DNA of 64,000 nt. It comes from an uncultured Clostridia bacterium (GTDB lineage: Bacteria > Bacillota > Clostridia > Oscillospirales > Oscillospiraceae). This document shows, piece after piece, positions 47,579 through 57,029 of the stretch. Within the stretch, counting starts at the first letter, position 1; every line of letters starts with the position of its first letter. The stretch is taken from assembly GCA_945864305.1 (NCBI GenBank), contig CAMBAJ010000002.1:1091-65090 (forward strand). The letters run 5' to 3'. The notes under the pieces were generated by a model. It ran no database searches, was not told the DNA's origin, and saw only the letters and a list, made by a program, of their open reading frames with translations. The position numbers and the translations under genes were made by a program.

Positions 47579-48322
47579 ATGCCGAAGAATCCGAACAGCA
47601 AATCCAAGCCTGTCAAGCGGGACGAGCCCATGAATGGTGCGATGAAGTTTTTCCTGGCCGGCTGTGTGGCGGAACTGTATCTGCTGATCGTCCGCCGTTT
47701 CTACATCAATGGCAACGCGGAGCAGCAGATCGCCTGGTATGACTACTATCTGAAGTATCTCATTGCGGCCGGTGCTGTCGTTCTGGCCGTAGGCGCAGTC
47801 CTGTCCGTCCTCTGGAGGCAGGACAAAAAGAAGCGCGTCATCGGCTGGTCCGTGTTGGGTGCGGGCGCGTTTCTGGCGATTTCCAGCGGCCTGGTCCTGT
47901 GGAACATGTCCACTGTTACGCTTTTGACCGTAGTAGTCCCTGTGGTCATGCTGCTGGGCATTCTCTGGAGCCTGTATGACCGGGAGTGTGCTTTGGCCCT
48001 GACGATCCTGGGCACTTCTCTGATCGTGCTGTGGGTCTGCCGCCGGGTGATGTCCAGCATCTATCTGGGCACCTATGTGAAAGTGGTCGTTATTCTCTAT
48101 CTCGTTCTCCTGATTGCCACTGCTTTCCTGGCGAAGAACGACAAGCTGCGGAAGCTGCTTCCCGCCAATGCGGACCTGCTGCCTGTCTATCTGGCCTGTG
48201 GCCTGTCCTTTGTGGCGCTGGTAGTGGCGCTGATCAACACGGTCGCCGCCTATTACGCTATGTGGGCTCTGGCCATCGTGGTCTTTGCCCTGGCTGTGTA
48301 TTATACCGTCAAGCAGCTGTAA
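47579..48322 (+). CDS. multi-pass membrane protein, function unknown
   Basis: About 8 hydrophobic segments; GGAGG RBS; upstream TTGCAA..TATACT promoter. Confidence 0.7.
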   Translation: MPKNPNSKSKPVKRDEPMNGAMKFFLAGCVAELYLLIVRRFYINGNAEQQIAWYDYYLKYLIAAGAVVLAVGAVLSVLWRQDKKKRVIGWSVLGAGAFLAISSGLVLWNMSTVTLLTVVVPVVMLLGILWSLYDRECALALTILGTSLIVLWVCRRVMSSIYLGTYVKVVVILYLVLLIATAFLAKNDKLRKLLPANADLLPVYLACGLSFVALVVALINTVAAYYAMWALAIVVFALAVYYTVKQL

Positions 48323-48460
48323 CCAAGTTTTTACATTCCGCACAGGGGGCTCTTCAGCCCCCTGTTTTGATATTCTGATATGACGCAGTTCCCATGCTGG
48401 CCGAATCGCTCACATCCGGCCAACACGGGAGCTGATATTTTATGCCACGATGGCGGAAGT

Positions 48461-48493
48461 AAAAAAAGCATGACCGTTTGGTCATGCTTTTTT
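48461..48493. terminator. terminator of abrB (bidirectional form)
   Basis: AAAAAAAGCATGACC-gttt-GGTCATGCTTTTTT. Confidence 0.85.
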
Positions 48494-48564
48494 CATGCAA
48501 TCCATATTGTCTTTTTCGGTCCGCTGCGCGAAAACAGGAAATTTTTCTCTGCGAGCTGGCAGGC

Positions 48565-48807
48565 TCACAGGCTCTTGAGCTCCTTCAGGCATTTGGGGCA
48601 GACATTTTTCCCCTTGAAAACAGTGATGTCTTTGGTGCTGTCACAGAAAATACAACTGGGCTTGTATTTTTTCAGAATGACAGAGGACCCTTCCACATAG
48701 ATTTCCAATGCATCTTTTTCCGCGATGTCCAGTGTTCTGCGCATCTCGATGGGAAGCACGATTCGTCCCAGTTCGTCTACCTTTCTCACAATTCCTGTCG
48801 ATTTCAC
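48565..48807 (-). CDS. abrB: transition-state regulator AbrB
   Basis: KSTGIVRKVDELGRIVLPIE and C-terminal CIFC/CPKC; GTG start with AAGGAG RBS. Confidence 0.92.
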   Translation of the reverse strand: MKSTGIVRKVDELGRIVLPIEMRRTLDIAEKDALEIYVEGSSVILKKYKPSCIFCDSTKDITVFKGKNVCPKCLKELKSL

Positions 48808-48948
48808 GGTGTTTCTCCTTCTTCCATGCATTTCTTTGCCTCTGGGATACAGACATTATCACATTCTGTCATTATTTGTCAATTGCCATTTCAAAAGATT
48901 CAAAGTAAGTTTACAATTTGTCAATTTATTATAACGAGGTGTTTATCT

Positions 48949-49533
48949 GTGGCAATGGCCTGGGTCTGGACCGGAATGGTCGTACTGTCTTTATTGTTCG
49001 GTCTTTTTACCGGACGCCTGGACGCGGTGGCGAACGCCGCCCTGGAGGGTGCGAATGCCGCCATTGAGCTGAGTCTCTCCATGGCGGGTATTCTGTGTCT
49101 CTGGTCCGGCGTCATGGAGATCATGAACGTCTGCGGCCTGTCCTCGGCTCTGGCCCGGGCGTTCCGCCCCCTTCTGCGGCGGCTGCTACCGCAGGCTTCC
49201 CGGGACGAGGAAACGCTGGCCGCCATCTCCGCCAACGTCTCCGCCAATCTGCTGGGGCTCGGAAACGCCGCCACGCCCCTGGGCATCCGGGCGGCGCGGC
49301 GGATGGCCCGGGGCTGTGACGGCGCCGCCAGCGACGAGCTCTGCCTACTGGTGGTGCTGAACACCGCCTCCATCCAGTTGCTGCCGGCCACCATCGCCTC
49401 CGTCCGGGCGGCCGCCGGCTGCCGGACGCCCTTCGACATCCTGCCCGCGGTTTGGCTGGCCTCCGTGTTGTCCGTGACCGTGGGCCTGCTGACCGCCCGC
49501 CTCCTCTCCCGCCGGGGAAAGGGGCGTCTATGA
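48949..49533 (+). CDS. spmA: spore maturation protein A
   Basis: LWSGVMEI, ANLLGLGNAATPLG and LNTASIQLLP. Confidence 0.92.
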   Translation: MAMAWVWTGMVVLSLLFGLFTGRLDAVANAALEGANAAIELSLSMAGILCLWSGVMEIMNVCGLSSALARAFRPLLRRLLPQASRDEETLAAISANVSANLLGLGNAATPLGIRAARRMARGCDGAASDELCLLVVLNTASIQLLPATIASVRAAAGCRTPFDILPAVWLASVLSVTVGLLTARLLSRRGKGRL

Positions 49534-50051
49534 ATCTCAGCTCTCTGGTCATCCCCGTCCTTCTGGCCGCCGTGGCCGTCTACGGCATGGGAAAACGGGT
49601 GGACATCTACAGCGCCCTGACCCACGGCGCGGAGGAGGGCCTGACGGTCCTGCTGCGTATCATCCCGGCGCTGGTGGGCCTTTTGACGGCGGTCAGCATG
49701 TTTCGGGCCTCCGGCGCCATGGAGTGGCTGTCCACTCTCTGTGCGTCGCTGCTGGAGCGGTTGGGCCTCCCCTCGGAGGTGACGCCGCTGATGCTCATCC
49801 GTCCGGTGTCCGGGAACGGGGCCCTGGCCGTGGCCACGGACCTGATCGCCGCCAACGGTCCCGACAGCTATATCGGCCGGGTGGCGGCGGTGATGCTGGG
49901 CAGCACGGAGACGACGTTTTACACCATCGCCGTCTATTTCGGCTCCGCCGGCATTCACAAGACCCGCCACACCATTCCCGCCGCTCTGGCCGCCGACCTG
50001 ACCGGTTTTATCGCCTCGGCCTTTGCCGTGCGGCTCTTCTTCGGGACCTGA
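49530..50051 (+). CDS. spmB: spore maturation protein B
   Basis: RPVSG and GSTETTFYTIAVYFG. Confidence 0.92.
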   Translation: MNLSSLVIPVLLAAVAVYGMGKRVDIYSALTHGAEEGLTVLLRIIPALVGLLTAVSMFRASGAMEWLSTLCASLLERLGLPSEVTPLMLIRPVSGNGALAVATDLIAANGPDSYIGRVAAVMLGSTETTFYTIAVYFGSAGIHKTRHTIPAALAADLTGFIASAFAVRLFFGT

Positions 50052-50173
50052 TACGATTCTCCCATTAAAATGAGATATTTTCATGGGGCCGCCGCGCTTT
50101 ACGCGTCGGCACGTTGGATTCTAGTATGAAACGGGCGGGACCGAAGTCCCGCCCGCATGTTCTCTGCCTTTGG

Positions 50174-51088
50174 TCACGCCGTAAACGCGTCCTGGATATC
50201 CGCCGTCCCGTACTTCGGTGCGAATTCGCCGTCCACCAGGAACCGCACCTCATCCACCACGTCCAGCGAGCACAGAGACAGCCCCAGGGACTGGAGCGTC
50301 TGCCGGAGGGTGTTCTCATCCGGGAATTCCTCCAGGAGCACCGAGGGCAGGTTCACATAGCACACGTCCTCCTCCAGCCAGACCGATTTGACCCGGAATC
50401 CCGCCGGAAATACCGCGGAAAGTTCCTTGCTCTCCGGGCCGTTTTCCAGCGCCCTGGCCACCGCGCTGACCTGCGTATCGCCCTCATACAGGTCCAATGT
50501 CCGCTGTTCCGCCGTCAGCGCTCCGTCGCCGTTCAGGAAATAGAGGGCAGCCGGCACGGTGCCCACCACATCCTCCTCCGGTGCCAGCAGGACCCCCCGG
50601 GTGGTAAAGACCTGCCGGTCACGATAGGCCAGTTCCTGTCCACGGACGGTGATCTTCACAGAGAGAATCTCCGGAAGCTGCGTCAGGGTCAGGGTGATTG
50701 CGCAGTCCGCCAGCGTCAGCGCCACGCCCGACAGTGTGCTGTATGCCAGGGAGAGGTCCACGAATGCCCGGGTCCCCTCCACCTTGAGCGACAGCAGCGT
50801 CGTCCCGGAGGGGATCGTGCTCTTCAGCGTCTCGTTCAAGGGGCCTTTCAGCAGCTCCGCCATCAGCGCCTCCGCCAGTTCGGCAGTGGACGCGTTCTCC
50901 ATGTCATTGAGGTAGATGGTCTCCGTCCGGAGGGCTCCCTCGCCCGCCGACGCCTCCAGGTCCGCCTCCAGGAAGTAGAGCGCATACCCCTCTGCCTCCT
51001 GCTGCTGTTTTCCCACCGCCGCGTAAGCGCAGCCGCTGGCCAGCACCAGCAGGAGGATCAGCAGGGCGGAAAGCACCCGTCTTTTCAT
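50174..51088 (-). CDS. GerMN-domain lipoprotein
   Basis: Lipobox LASGC; two repeats of LYF...L..GP...P...V(D/N)L. Confidence 0.8.
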   Translation of the reverse strand: MKRRVLSALLILLLVLASGCAYAAVGKQQQEAEGYALYFLEADLEASAGEGALRTETIYLNDMENASTAELAEALMAELLKGPLNETLKSTIPSGTTLLSLKVEGTRAFVDLSLAYSTLSGVALTLADCAITLTLTQLPEILSVKITVRGQELAYRDRQVFTTRGVLLAPEEDVVGTVPAALYFLNGDGALTAEQRTLDLYEGDTQVSAVARALENGPESKELSAVFPAGFRVKSVWLEEDVCYVNLPSVLLEEFPDENTLRQTLQSLGLSLCSLDVVDEVRFLVDGEFAPKYGTADIQDAFTA

Positions 51089-52512
51089 GCCCGCTCCCCT
51101 CCTTCCGCTTTGGGCCAGTGCACCGTGAACACGGCGCCGCCCTCCGGCCGGTTGGCGGCCGTGACCGTGCCGCCCCGCTTTTTCACAGTGTCACTGACGA
51201 TGGAAAGTCCCAGGCCCGTGCCTCCGGCTGCCCGGGAGCGGGCCTTGTCCACCCGGTAAAAGCGCTCGAAGATGCGTGGCAGGTCCGCCTCCGGGATACC
51301 GGCCCCGTTGTCCACCACGGTCAGCACCACCTGGCTGCCCTCCGCGCCCAGGGAGACCTGGACAAAGCCTCCGGCGGAGGAATACTTCACTGCGTTGTCC
51401 GTCAGATTGTAAATGACCTGGTGGATCTCGTCCTTCGTTGCCAGGACCGTGCAGCCCTCCGCCGCATCGTAGGTCAGGTCCACCCCCTTCTCCTGGGCGA
51501 TCAGGCTCATCATCCGCATGACCTGCTCCAGCACCGGCAGCACGTCCACCACCACAGGCGGCTCCAGCACGCCGCTGTCCAGCCGGGTCAGGCGCAGCAG
51601 GTCCTCCGTGATGCGGCTGAGGCGCTCGGCCTCCTGGCCGATGTCCATGACGAACTCCCGGGTGGTCTCCGGGTCGATGTTGTCGGTCTGCAAAATGGAG
51701 TCCGTCAGCAGCCGGATGGCCGCCAGCGGCGTCTTCAGCTCATGGGAGGCGTCGGACACGAACCGCCGCCGGGCATTCTCCGTGACCTGGAGCCGGTCCG
51801 TCAGGCTGTTGAACTCCTCGCCGATCTGGGCGATCTCATCCCGGCCATGGATCTCCGCCCGGTGGCTGTAGGCGCCCTCCCGTACCTTCCGGATGGCCGT
51901 CAGCAGCTCGCTGATCTTAATAGTCAGGGCCCGTGACAAAATCAGGCTCAGCGCCAGCACCACCACGGCGATGACGGCGGACAGCCGCAACAGGTTGTCC
52001 TGCAGGCCGCTGATGAGAGCCGCCTGCTCCGTGTCGTACTCATAGGCGTAGACCGAGCCGATGATCTGATTCTGATACAGCACCGGAGAGGTGGCGCGGC
52101 TGCGGAAGGCGCCGTTTTTGTACACGCAGGTAAAGGCGTCGTTGCCCATCAGGGCCTGGACGATCTCCGCGTACAGCACATAGTCCCCCACGGCGCCACC
52201 GGTCTCCCGGGTGTCGTACAGGACGCGGCCGCTGCTGTCCGTCACCAGGATGCGGGAGAGCCCCGTCTCCTCCACCACCGCCATGGCCGCCGCCACGTTT
52301 TCCTCGGTCAGCTGGTCCAGGCCGGACAGGGAGTACACCATGACGGACACGCTGCTCTGCATGGTGGTCTCCTTGGAGCGGAACACCAGGTCCTCCGACA
52401 CCAGCAGGGGATAGGTGTTCAGCAGCAGCAGGACCCCCGCGATGATGAGGATGTAGCTCAGGCCGAACTTGACCTGGAGGCTTCCCCATACTCTTCGCTT
52501 ATCCCTTGAAAT
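51085..52512 (-). CDS. HAMP sensor histidine kinase (WalK/PhoR-like); start probably ATT at 52512
   Basis: DASHELKTPL, NAVKY and RVDKARSRAAGGTGLGL; TM1 is encoded upstream of the first canonical start (52401). Confidence 0.88.
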   Translation of the reverse strand: MSRDKRRVWGSLQVKFGLSYILIIAGVLLLLNTYPLLVSEDLVFRSKETTMQSSVSVMVYSLSGLDQLTEENVAAAMAVVEETGLSRILVTDSSGRVLYDTRETGGAVGDYVLYAEIVQALMGNDAFTCVYKNGAFRSRATSPVLYQNQIIGSVYAYEYDTEQAALISGLQDNLLRLSAVIAVVVLALSLILSRALTIKISELLTAIRKVREGAYSHRAEIHGRDEIAQIGEEFNSLTDRLQVTENARRRFVSDASHELKTPLAAIRLLTDSILQTDNIDPETTREFVMDIGQEAERLSRITEDLLRLTRLDSGVLEPPVVVDVLPVLEQVMRMMSLIAQEKGVDLTYDAAEGCTVLATKDEIHQVIYNLTDNAVKYSSAGGFVQVSLGAEGSQVVLTVVDNGAGIPEADLPRIFERFYRVDKARSRAAGGTGLGLSIVSDTVKKRGGTVTAANRPEGGAVFTVHWPKAEGGERA

Positions 52513-53176
52513 AGTACCCCACTCCCCACTTGGTCATGATGTGGTCCGGCTCCGCCGGATTCTTCTCCAGCTTTTCCCGCAGGCGGCGGATGTGGACATC
52601 CACCGTGCGGTAATCCCCCGCGTAGGTGTATCCCCACACCACGTTCATCAGGTTCTCCCGGCTGTACACGCGCCGGGGGTTGCGCATCAGCAACTCGATG
52701 AGGTCGTACTCCTTGGCAGTCAGCTCCACGGTCTTTCCGTCCCGGATGGCCACCTGCTCCTCGGTGTTCAAAGACAGGTCGCCCACCGTCAGCACGGCCC
52801 CCTGGGAGCGCTGGACGCCGGCGGCCCGCCGCAGCAGCGCCCGGACCCGGGCCTTCAGCTCCAGGATGTTGAAGGGCTTGGTCACATAGTCGTCGGCGCC
52901 GCACTCAAATCCCATCAGCTTGTCCGCGTCCTCGCTCTTCGCCGTCAGCATGATGATGGGCACGTTGGAAAACTCCCGGATGCGCATGCAGGCCTCCAAG
53001 CCATCCAGCTCCGGCATCATCAGGTCCAGGATGATGAGGTCGAACTTCCCGTTCCGGGCCAGCTCCACGGCGGCGGCGCCGTCGTAGGCGCACTCCACCT
53101 GATACCCCTCGTTCTCCAGATTGAATTTGATCCCCTTGACCAGGGTCTTTTCGTCATCCACTACTAAAATCTTCAT
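52499..53176 (-). CDS. OmpR family response regulator (WalR-like)
   Basis: LDLMMPELDG, RTVDVHIRRLREK and TKWGVGYYF. Confidence 0.95.
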   Translation of the reverse strand: MKILVVDDEKTLVKGIKFNLENEGYQVECAYDGAAAVELARNGKFDLIILDLMMPELDGLEACMRIREFSNVPIIMLTAKSEDADKLMGFECGADDYVTKPFNILELKARVRALLRRAAGVQRSQGAVLTVGDLSLNTEEQVAIRDGKTVELTAKEYDLIELLMRNPRRVYSRENLMNVVWGYTYAGDYRTVDVHIRRLREKLEKNPAEPDHIMTKWGVGYYFKG

Positions 53177-53562
53177 TCCGTTTCCTCTCTGACCACGGTG
53201 ACGCGGTCCTTCAGTCCGGCAAACTTGCTCTCGCCGATGCCGGACACCTGCATGATATCCTCCACAGCCGAAAAGGGACCGTTATTTTCCCGGTACTCCA
53301 CGATGCGGCGGGCCAATTCCTCGCCGATGCCGGGCAATTCCATCAACTCCGCCTCGGTGGCGCTGTTCAGGTCCAGGGGCGTCAGGTCCGGCTGGATGTC
53401 CTCCTGGGGCACTTCGATCTCCGTCTCCACCGCCACGCCGTTCTCCGCCGCTGCCATGGCGGCGCGGTCCCGGAGGAACAGCCCCAGCAGCAAACACAGA
53501 AACAGCGCCGTCGCCGCCAGGAGCAGCCATTCGATTTTTGCAATCTTTCCCTTTTCGTTCAC
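53173..53562 (-). CDS. comEA: ComEA-like helix-hairpin-helix DNA-binding membrane protein
   Basis: N-terminal TM; LNSATEAELMELPGIG...RENNGPF...VSGIG. Confidence 0.85.
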   Translation of the reverse strand: MNEKGKIAKIEWLLLAATALFLCLLLGLFLRDRAAMAAAENGVAVETEIEVPQEDIQPDLTPLDLNSATEAELMELPGIGEELARRIVEYRENNGPFSAVEDIMQVSGIGESKFAGLKDRVTVVREETE

Positions 53563-53680
53563 TGTTGAACTCCCGTACGTTTTTTGCTATACTGTTTGTG
53601 TCGAACCAGCGCGTTTTTTAGCGCGGACCCACAAAAATGATGGTTATAATTGATTATATCATAGATTACAGGAGTTGGAC

Positions 53681-55066
53681 ATGAAAACGAATCGCTTTTT
53701 ATCGGTTTTTTTGCTGGTCGTTCTGGTGATGAGCCTCTGCGTAACGCCTTTTGCCGCCGCGGACGAGACCTCCGCTCCCGTTGAGGAGCCGGATATCCAG
53801 TGCAAAGCCGCCCTGCTGGTGGACGCCAATACCGGCGGCATCGTCTACGCGAAAAACGAGCATCACGAGCTGTATCCCGCCAGTCTGACCAAAATCATGA
53901 CCGCTCTGCTGACTCTGGAGGCCATCGACGAGGGCAAACTCTCCATGGACCAGAACCTGACCGCCACCGCCACCGCGCTGGAGGGCCTGTCCGCCGACGG
54001 CAGTTCCGCCAACATTCAGGTAGGCGAGACCATGTCGGTTCGGAACCTGCTGTACTGCATGCTGGTGGTCTCCGCCAACGAGGCCTGTGACATCCTGGCG
54101 GAGGGCGTCTCCGGCTCCGTGAGCGCCTTTGTGGACGCCATGAACGCCAAGGCTCAGGAGTTGGGCTGCAAAAACACCCATTTCGTCAATCCCAACGGTC
54201 TCCACGATCCTCAGCACTACACCTCCGCCTGGGACCTGTATCTGATCACCAGGGCCGCCATGGAGTATGAGGACTTCATGACCATCTGTGACACCGCCGA
54301 CATCGTGATTCCCGCCACCAACCTCTCCGCGGAGCGGCATCTGTACACTACCAACTACCTGATCTCCACCTGGCGCTCCCGGGGGTACATCAACAGCGAC
54401 GCCCGGGGCATCAAGACCGGCTCCACCTCGGAGGCAGGCCACTGCCTGGTCTCCTCCGCTGTCCGGGGCAGTCTCAGCTTCATCAGTGTGGTGCTGGGTG
54501 GTGACCGGGTGACGCTGGAGAACAACGAAATCCGCACATACAGCTTCTACGACACGAATCTGCTGTTCAATTGGGCCTTTGACAGCTTCTCCTACCAGAC
54601 CGTTCTGGAGGCTAACCAGCCCATCACCAGGGAAGCGGCGGTGTCCCTCTCCAAAATCGACCACGTCACCCTGGTCCCCGCCAATGAGGTGGAGGTCCTG
54701 CTCCCCAAGAGCCTGAAACCGGAGGACCTGGAGCAAACCGTCACGCTGAAGGCGGACCCGGTGGAGGCCCCCATCGCGGAGGGCCAGGTGCTGGGCACCA
54801 TGACCCTGAGCTATGACGGCAAGGAGTACGCCACCGTGGACCTGCTGGCAAACAACGCCGTGGAGGCCTCCCGGCTCCTGGTCTTCTGGCGGGATGTGAA
54901 GGAGTTCTTCTCCAGGACCTCTGTCAAGATTGCCGCCGTCGTGCTGCTGGTGCTGATCGTGCTCCTGCTTTTGTGGAAGCTGATATTCGGCCGCCGGCGC
55001 TATCGCTACGGACGCAGCGTGAGCAGCGGCCGTCCCCGCAGCTATCGCGGCCGTCGCAGACATTGA
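53681..55066 (+). CDS. D-alanyl-D-alanine carboxypeptidase (S11, DacA-like)
   Basis: ASLTK (SxxK), SAN and KTG motifs; C-terminal TM. Confidence 0.92.
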   Translation: MKTNRFLSVFLLVVLVMSLCVTPFAAADETSAPVEEPDIQCKAALLVDANTGGIVYAKNEHHELYPASLTKIMTALLTLEAIDEGKLSMDQNLTATATALEGLSADGSSANIQVGETMSVRNLLYCMLVVSANEACDILAEGVSGSVSAFVDAMNAKAQELGCKNTHFVNPNGLHDPQHYTSAWDLYLITRAAMEYEDFMTICDTADIVIPATNLSAERHLYTTNYLISTWRSRGYINSDARGIKTGSTSEAGHCLVSSAVRGSLSFISVVLGGDRVTLENNEIRTYSFYDTNLLFNWAFDSFSYQTVLEANQPITREAAVSLSKIDHVTLVPANEVEVLLPKSLKPEDLEQTVTLKADPVEAPIAEGQVLGTMTLSYDGKEYATVDLLANNAVEASRLLVFWRDVKEFFSRTSVKIAAVVLLVLIVLLLLWKLIFGRRRYRYGRSVSSGRPRSYRGRRRH

Positions 55067-55115
55067 CCATTTATCAAAAGACCGGCAGACTGTGCAAGCA
55101 GTCTGCCGGTCTTTT

Positions 55116-55628
55116 TCACAGATATCTGACCAGTTCCTCCACAGGCTTCCGGTCGGCGTGCAGCCGGGAGGGATGGGCGCCCTCCGCCGGATAGCCCAGG
55201 GGCAGCATGGCGATGGGGCGCAGGCCCGCCATCTCCGGGAACGCCGCCAGCAGCTTTTCCGGCTCAAACATACCCACATAGGTGGTGCCCAGGCCCAGGT
55301 CCGCCGCCTGGAGCATCATCTGGGTGGCAGCGATGGCCGCGTCGATTTCGCCGTGGTCCTTGCCGTCCGTCTCCCGCTTCCAGGAGGTTTCCGGGTCGTA
55401 GGCCACCACCAGGATCACCGGGGGATGGAAATGGGAGCCGGTGCAGCCGTCGGCCTTTTCCAAGGTCTCCGGCGTCCGGATGACAAAAATGCGCTGGGGC
55501 TGGAGATTGTGGGCGGTGGGCGCGTTGCGGCCGGCCTCCAGGATCAGATCCAGCTTCTCCTGCTCAACGGGACGGTCGCTGAATTTGCGGAGGGAGTAGC
55601 GCTCCGCGGACAGCTTTTCAAAATCCAT
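55116..55628 (-). CDS. nitroreductase family protein
   Basis: RYSLRKF, APTAHNLQP and DLGLGTTYV. Confidence 0.88.
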   Translation of the reverse strand: MDFEKLSAERYSLRKFSDRPVEQEKLDLILEAGRNAPTAHNLQPQRIFVIRTPETLEKADGCTGSHFHPPVILVVAYDPETSWKRETDGKDHGEIDAAIAATQMMLQAADLGLGTTYVGMFEPEKLLAAFPEMAGLRPIAMLPLGYPAEGAHPSRLHADRKPVEELVRYL

Positions 55629-55694
55629 GGGACTTCTCCTTTTCTTTCGTGATATCCAGATTTTAGCACAGACCTTTCGTTTCCGCAATCCCTG

Positions 55695-56288
55695 TCAGTT
55701 GTTGTTTTGCAGGCCGTTCTCCCGCAGGATCGCCTCGCACATCTCCCGGCGGCGGGTGTCGTAAAACTCAATATATTTCAAAGAGTAGATATCCGTTACG
55801 ATATAGCGGTCCCGCGGCTCCTGGTAAATCGTTAAAAAGTCGTTGCCCACATCATATAAGATACCCTCCCAGGAAACGGTGCTCTGGGTCCCTACCAGGA
55901 AGGTAGCCACCACATAACTGCCAACATACTTGGCCAGCTTTGCCTTCATGGACCCCCGGTATGCCTCGTCCGCTGTCAGGGGCGCCTCGATAACTTCCAT
56001 CGGCAGGTTGCTCCGCAGATACTGGTCACCGCTTTGGATGATCTGTCTGCCCTGGTCCTGAATGCCTTCCATGCTGCCGGAGGGCTGTGTCATGCCGCCG
56101 GAGCCCATGCCGTTTTCGCCGGACATACGCATCCCGCCCATGCCGGTGTCCGAGGCGGGGTGGGTCTGGCCCTGCGTCTCCGGCTCCGGCGTAATCTCAG
56201 AGGACCAGTCCATTTGGGAAATTGGGCGCCCGTTCATCGTCTGTCTGGGCGCTGCGGGTGTATAAGTATTCTGAAAATGCACCATCAT
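55695..56288 (-). CDS. spore coat protein, GerQ-like C-terminal domain
   Basis: Directly downstream of the cwlJ-like gene; EGILYDVGNDF...RYIV...LKYIEF resembles GerQ; low-complexity N-terminus. Confidence 0.6.
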   Translation of the reverse strand: MMVHFQNTYTPAAPRQTMNGRPISQMDWSSEITPEPETQGQTHPASDTGMGGMRMSGENGMGSGGMTQPSGSMEGIQDQGRQIIQSGDQYLRSNLPMEVIEAPLTADEAYRGSMKAKLAKYVGSYVVATFLVGTQSTVSWEGILYDVGNDFLTIYQEPRDRYIVTDIYSLKYIEFYDTRRREMCEAILRENGLQNNN

Positions 56289-56296
56289 GACACCTC

Positions 56297-56737
56297 TCAA
56301 GTCTTGTAATATGCGTCTGTTGGATTGTAAAAGCAGTGGTCGCCGATCCGCGTCTGCCAGTATCCCACATTGGACGGGAAGAGGGACCGGCAGGTAGGTC
56401 CGAAGGGGTTGTAAAACCATAGAGATTCCGCCACATCCGGCAGCCGGTTTCCCGCGATGGCCCAGTCGGCGATATCGTAGTGAATCTGTTCGGGTCTCAT
56501 ATTGTAGATGTTCTGTGGGTTATAGGCGCCGCCCTCCGTCTCGCTGGCGCAGACGAACTGGTACGGCTGAAAGATGATGTTGCGGATGCTGCCCTGGCCC
56601 ACCCGGGCGTACTCCCCGCCCTTGGCGTGGACCCGGTTCATCACCACGCCCGCCACCGCTTTCATGCCATTTTCCCCCTCGCCGCCCGCCTCGCACTGGA
56701 TCAGGCGCGCCAGCAGCTCCCGGTCGGAAAAAGCCAT
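56297..56737 (-). CDS. cwlJ: cortex-lytic cell wall hydrolase (CwlJ-like, Hydrolase_2)
   Basis: RELLARLIQCEAGGEG, VVMNR, WFYNP and HCFY; no signal peptide. Confidence 0.78.
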   Translation of the reverse strand: MAFSDRELLARLIQCEAGGEGENGMKAVAGVVMNRVHAKGGEYARVGQGSIRNIIFQPYQFVCASETEGGAYNPQNIYNMRPEQIHYDIADWAIAGNRLPDVAESLWFYNPFGPTCRSLFPSNVGYWQTRIGDHCFYNPTDAYYKT

Positions 56738-56763
56738 CGTTCATTCCTCCTTAGTTGCTGGTT

Positions 56764-56791
56764 TATCGTATGCAAAAGCACAGCCGCCGGT
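56764..56791 (-). promoter_or_regulatory. sigma-K/E-like promoter of the cwlJ-like gene
   Basis: AC-N17-CATACGATA on the minus strand. Confidence 0.65.
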
Positions 56792-57009
56792 GATTCCGGC
56801 GGCTGTGCCCCGCTTGCCAAAAAGACTTTTCGGCAAGCGGGGCAAGTTTTTCAGGACTTCATAAAGTCCCGAAAAACTTATGATTGAAAACGAAAGACAC
56901 CCCTCCTGGGTTTCTTTCGTAACTTTCTTCCTTCCCGTCCAACAAGTCTTACGGATTTATCGGCAGCCTGATGCAAAAGCACAGCCGCCGGTGATTCCGG
57001 CGGCTGTGC
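56770..57009. repeat. identical 39-bp direct repeat (56770-56808, 56971-57009) flanking a 162-bp hairpin-rich insert
   Basis: ATGCAAAAGCACAGCCGCCGGTGATTCCGGCGGCTGTGC occurs twice; the unit is itself a terminator hairpin. Confidence 0.9.
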
Positions 57010-57029
57010 TTTTGTACTGTACATGCATG

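Noticed and set aside
48874-48926. ATTTGTCAATT direct repeat as a novel operator
   Set aside because: On the minus strand each copy contains TTGACA, so tandem -35 elements of abrB promoters are the simpler explanation.
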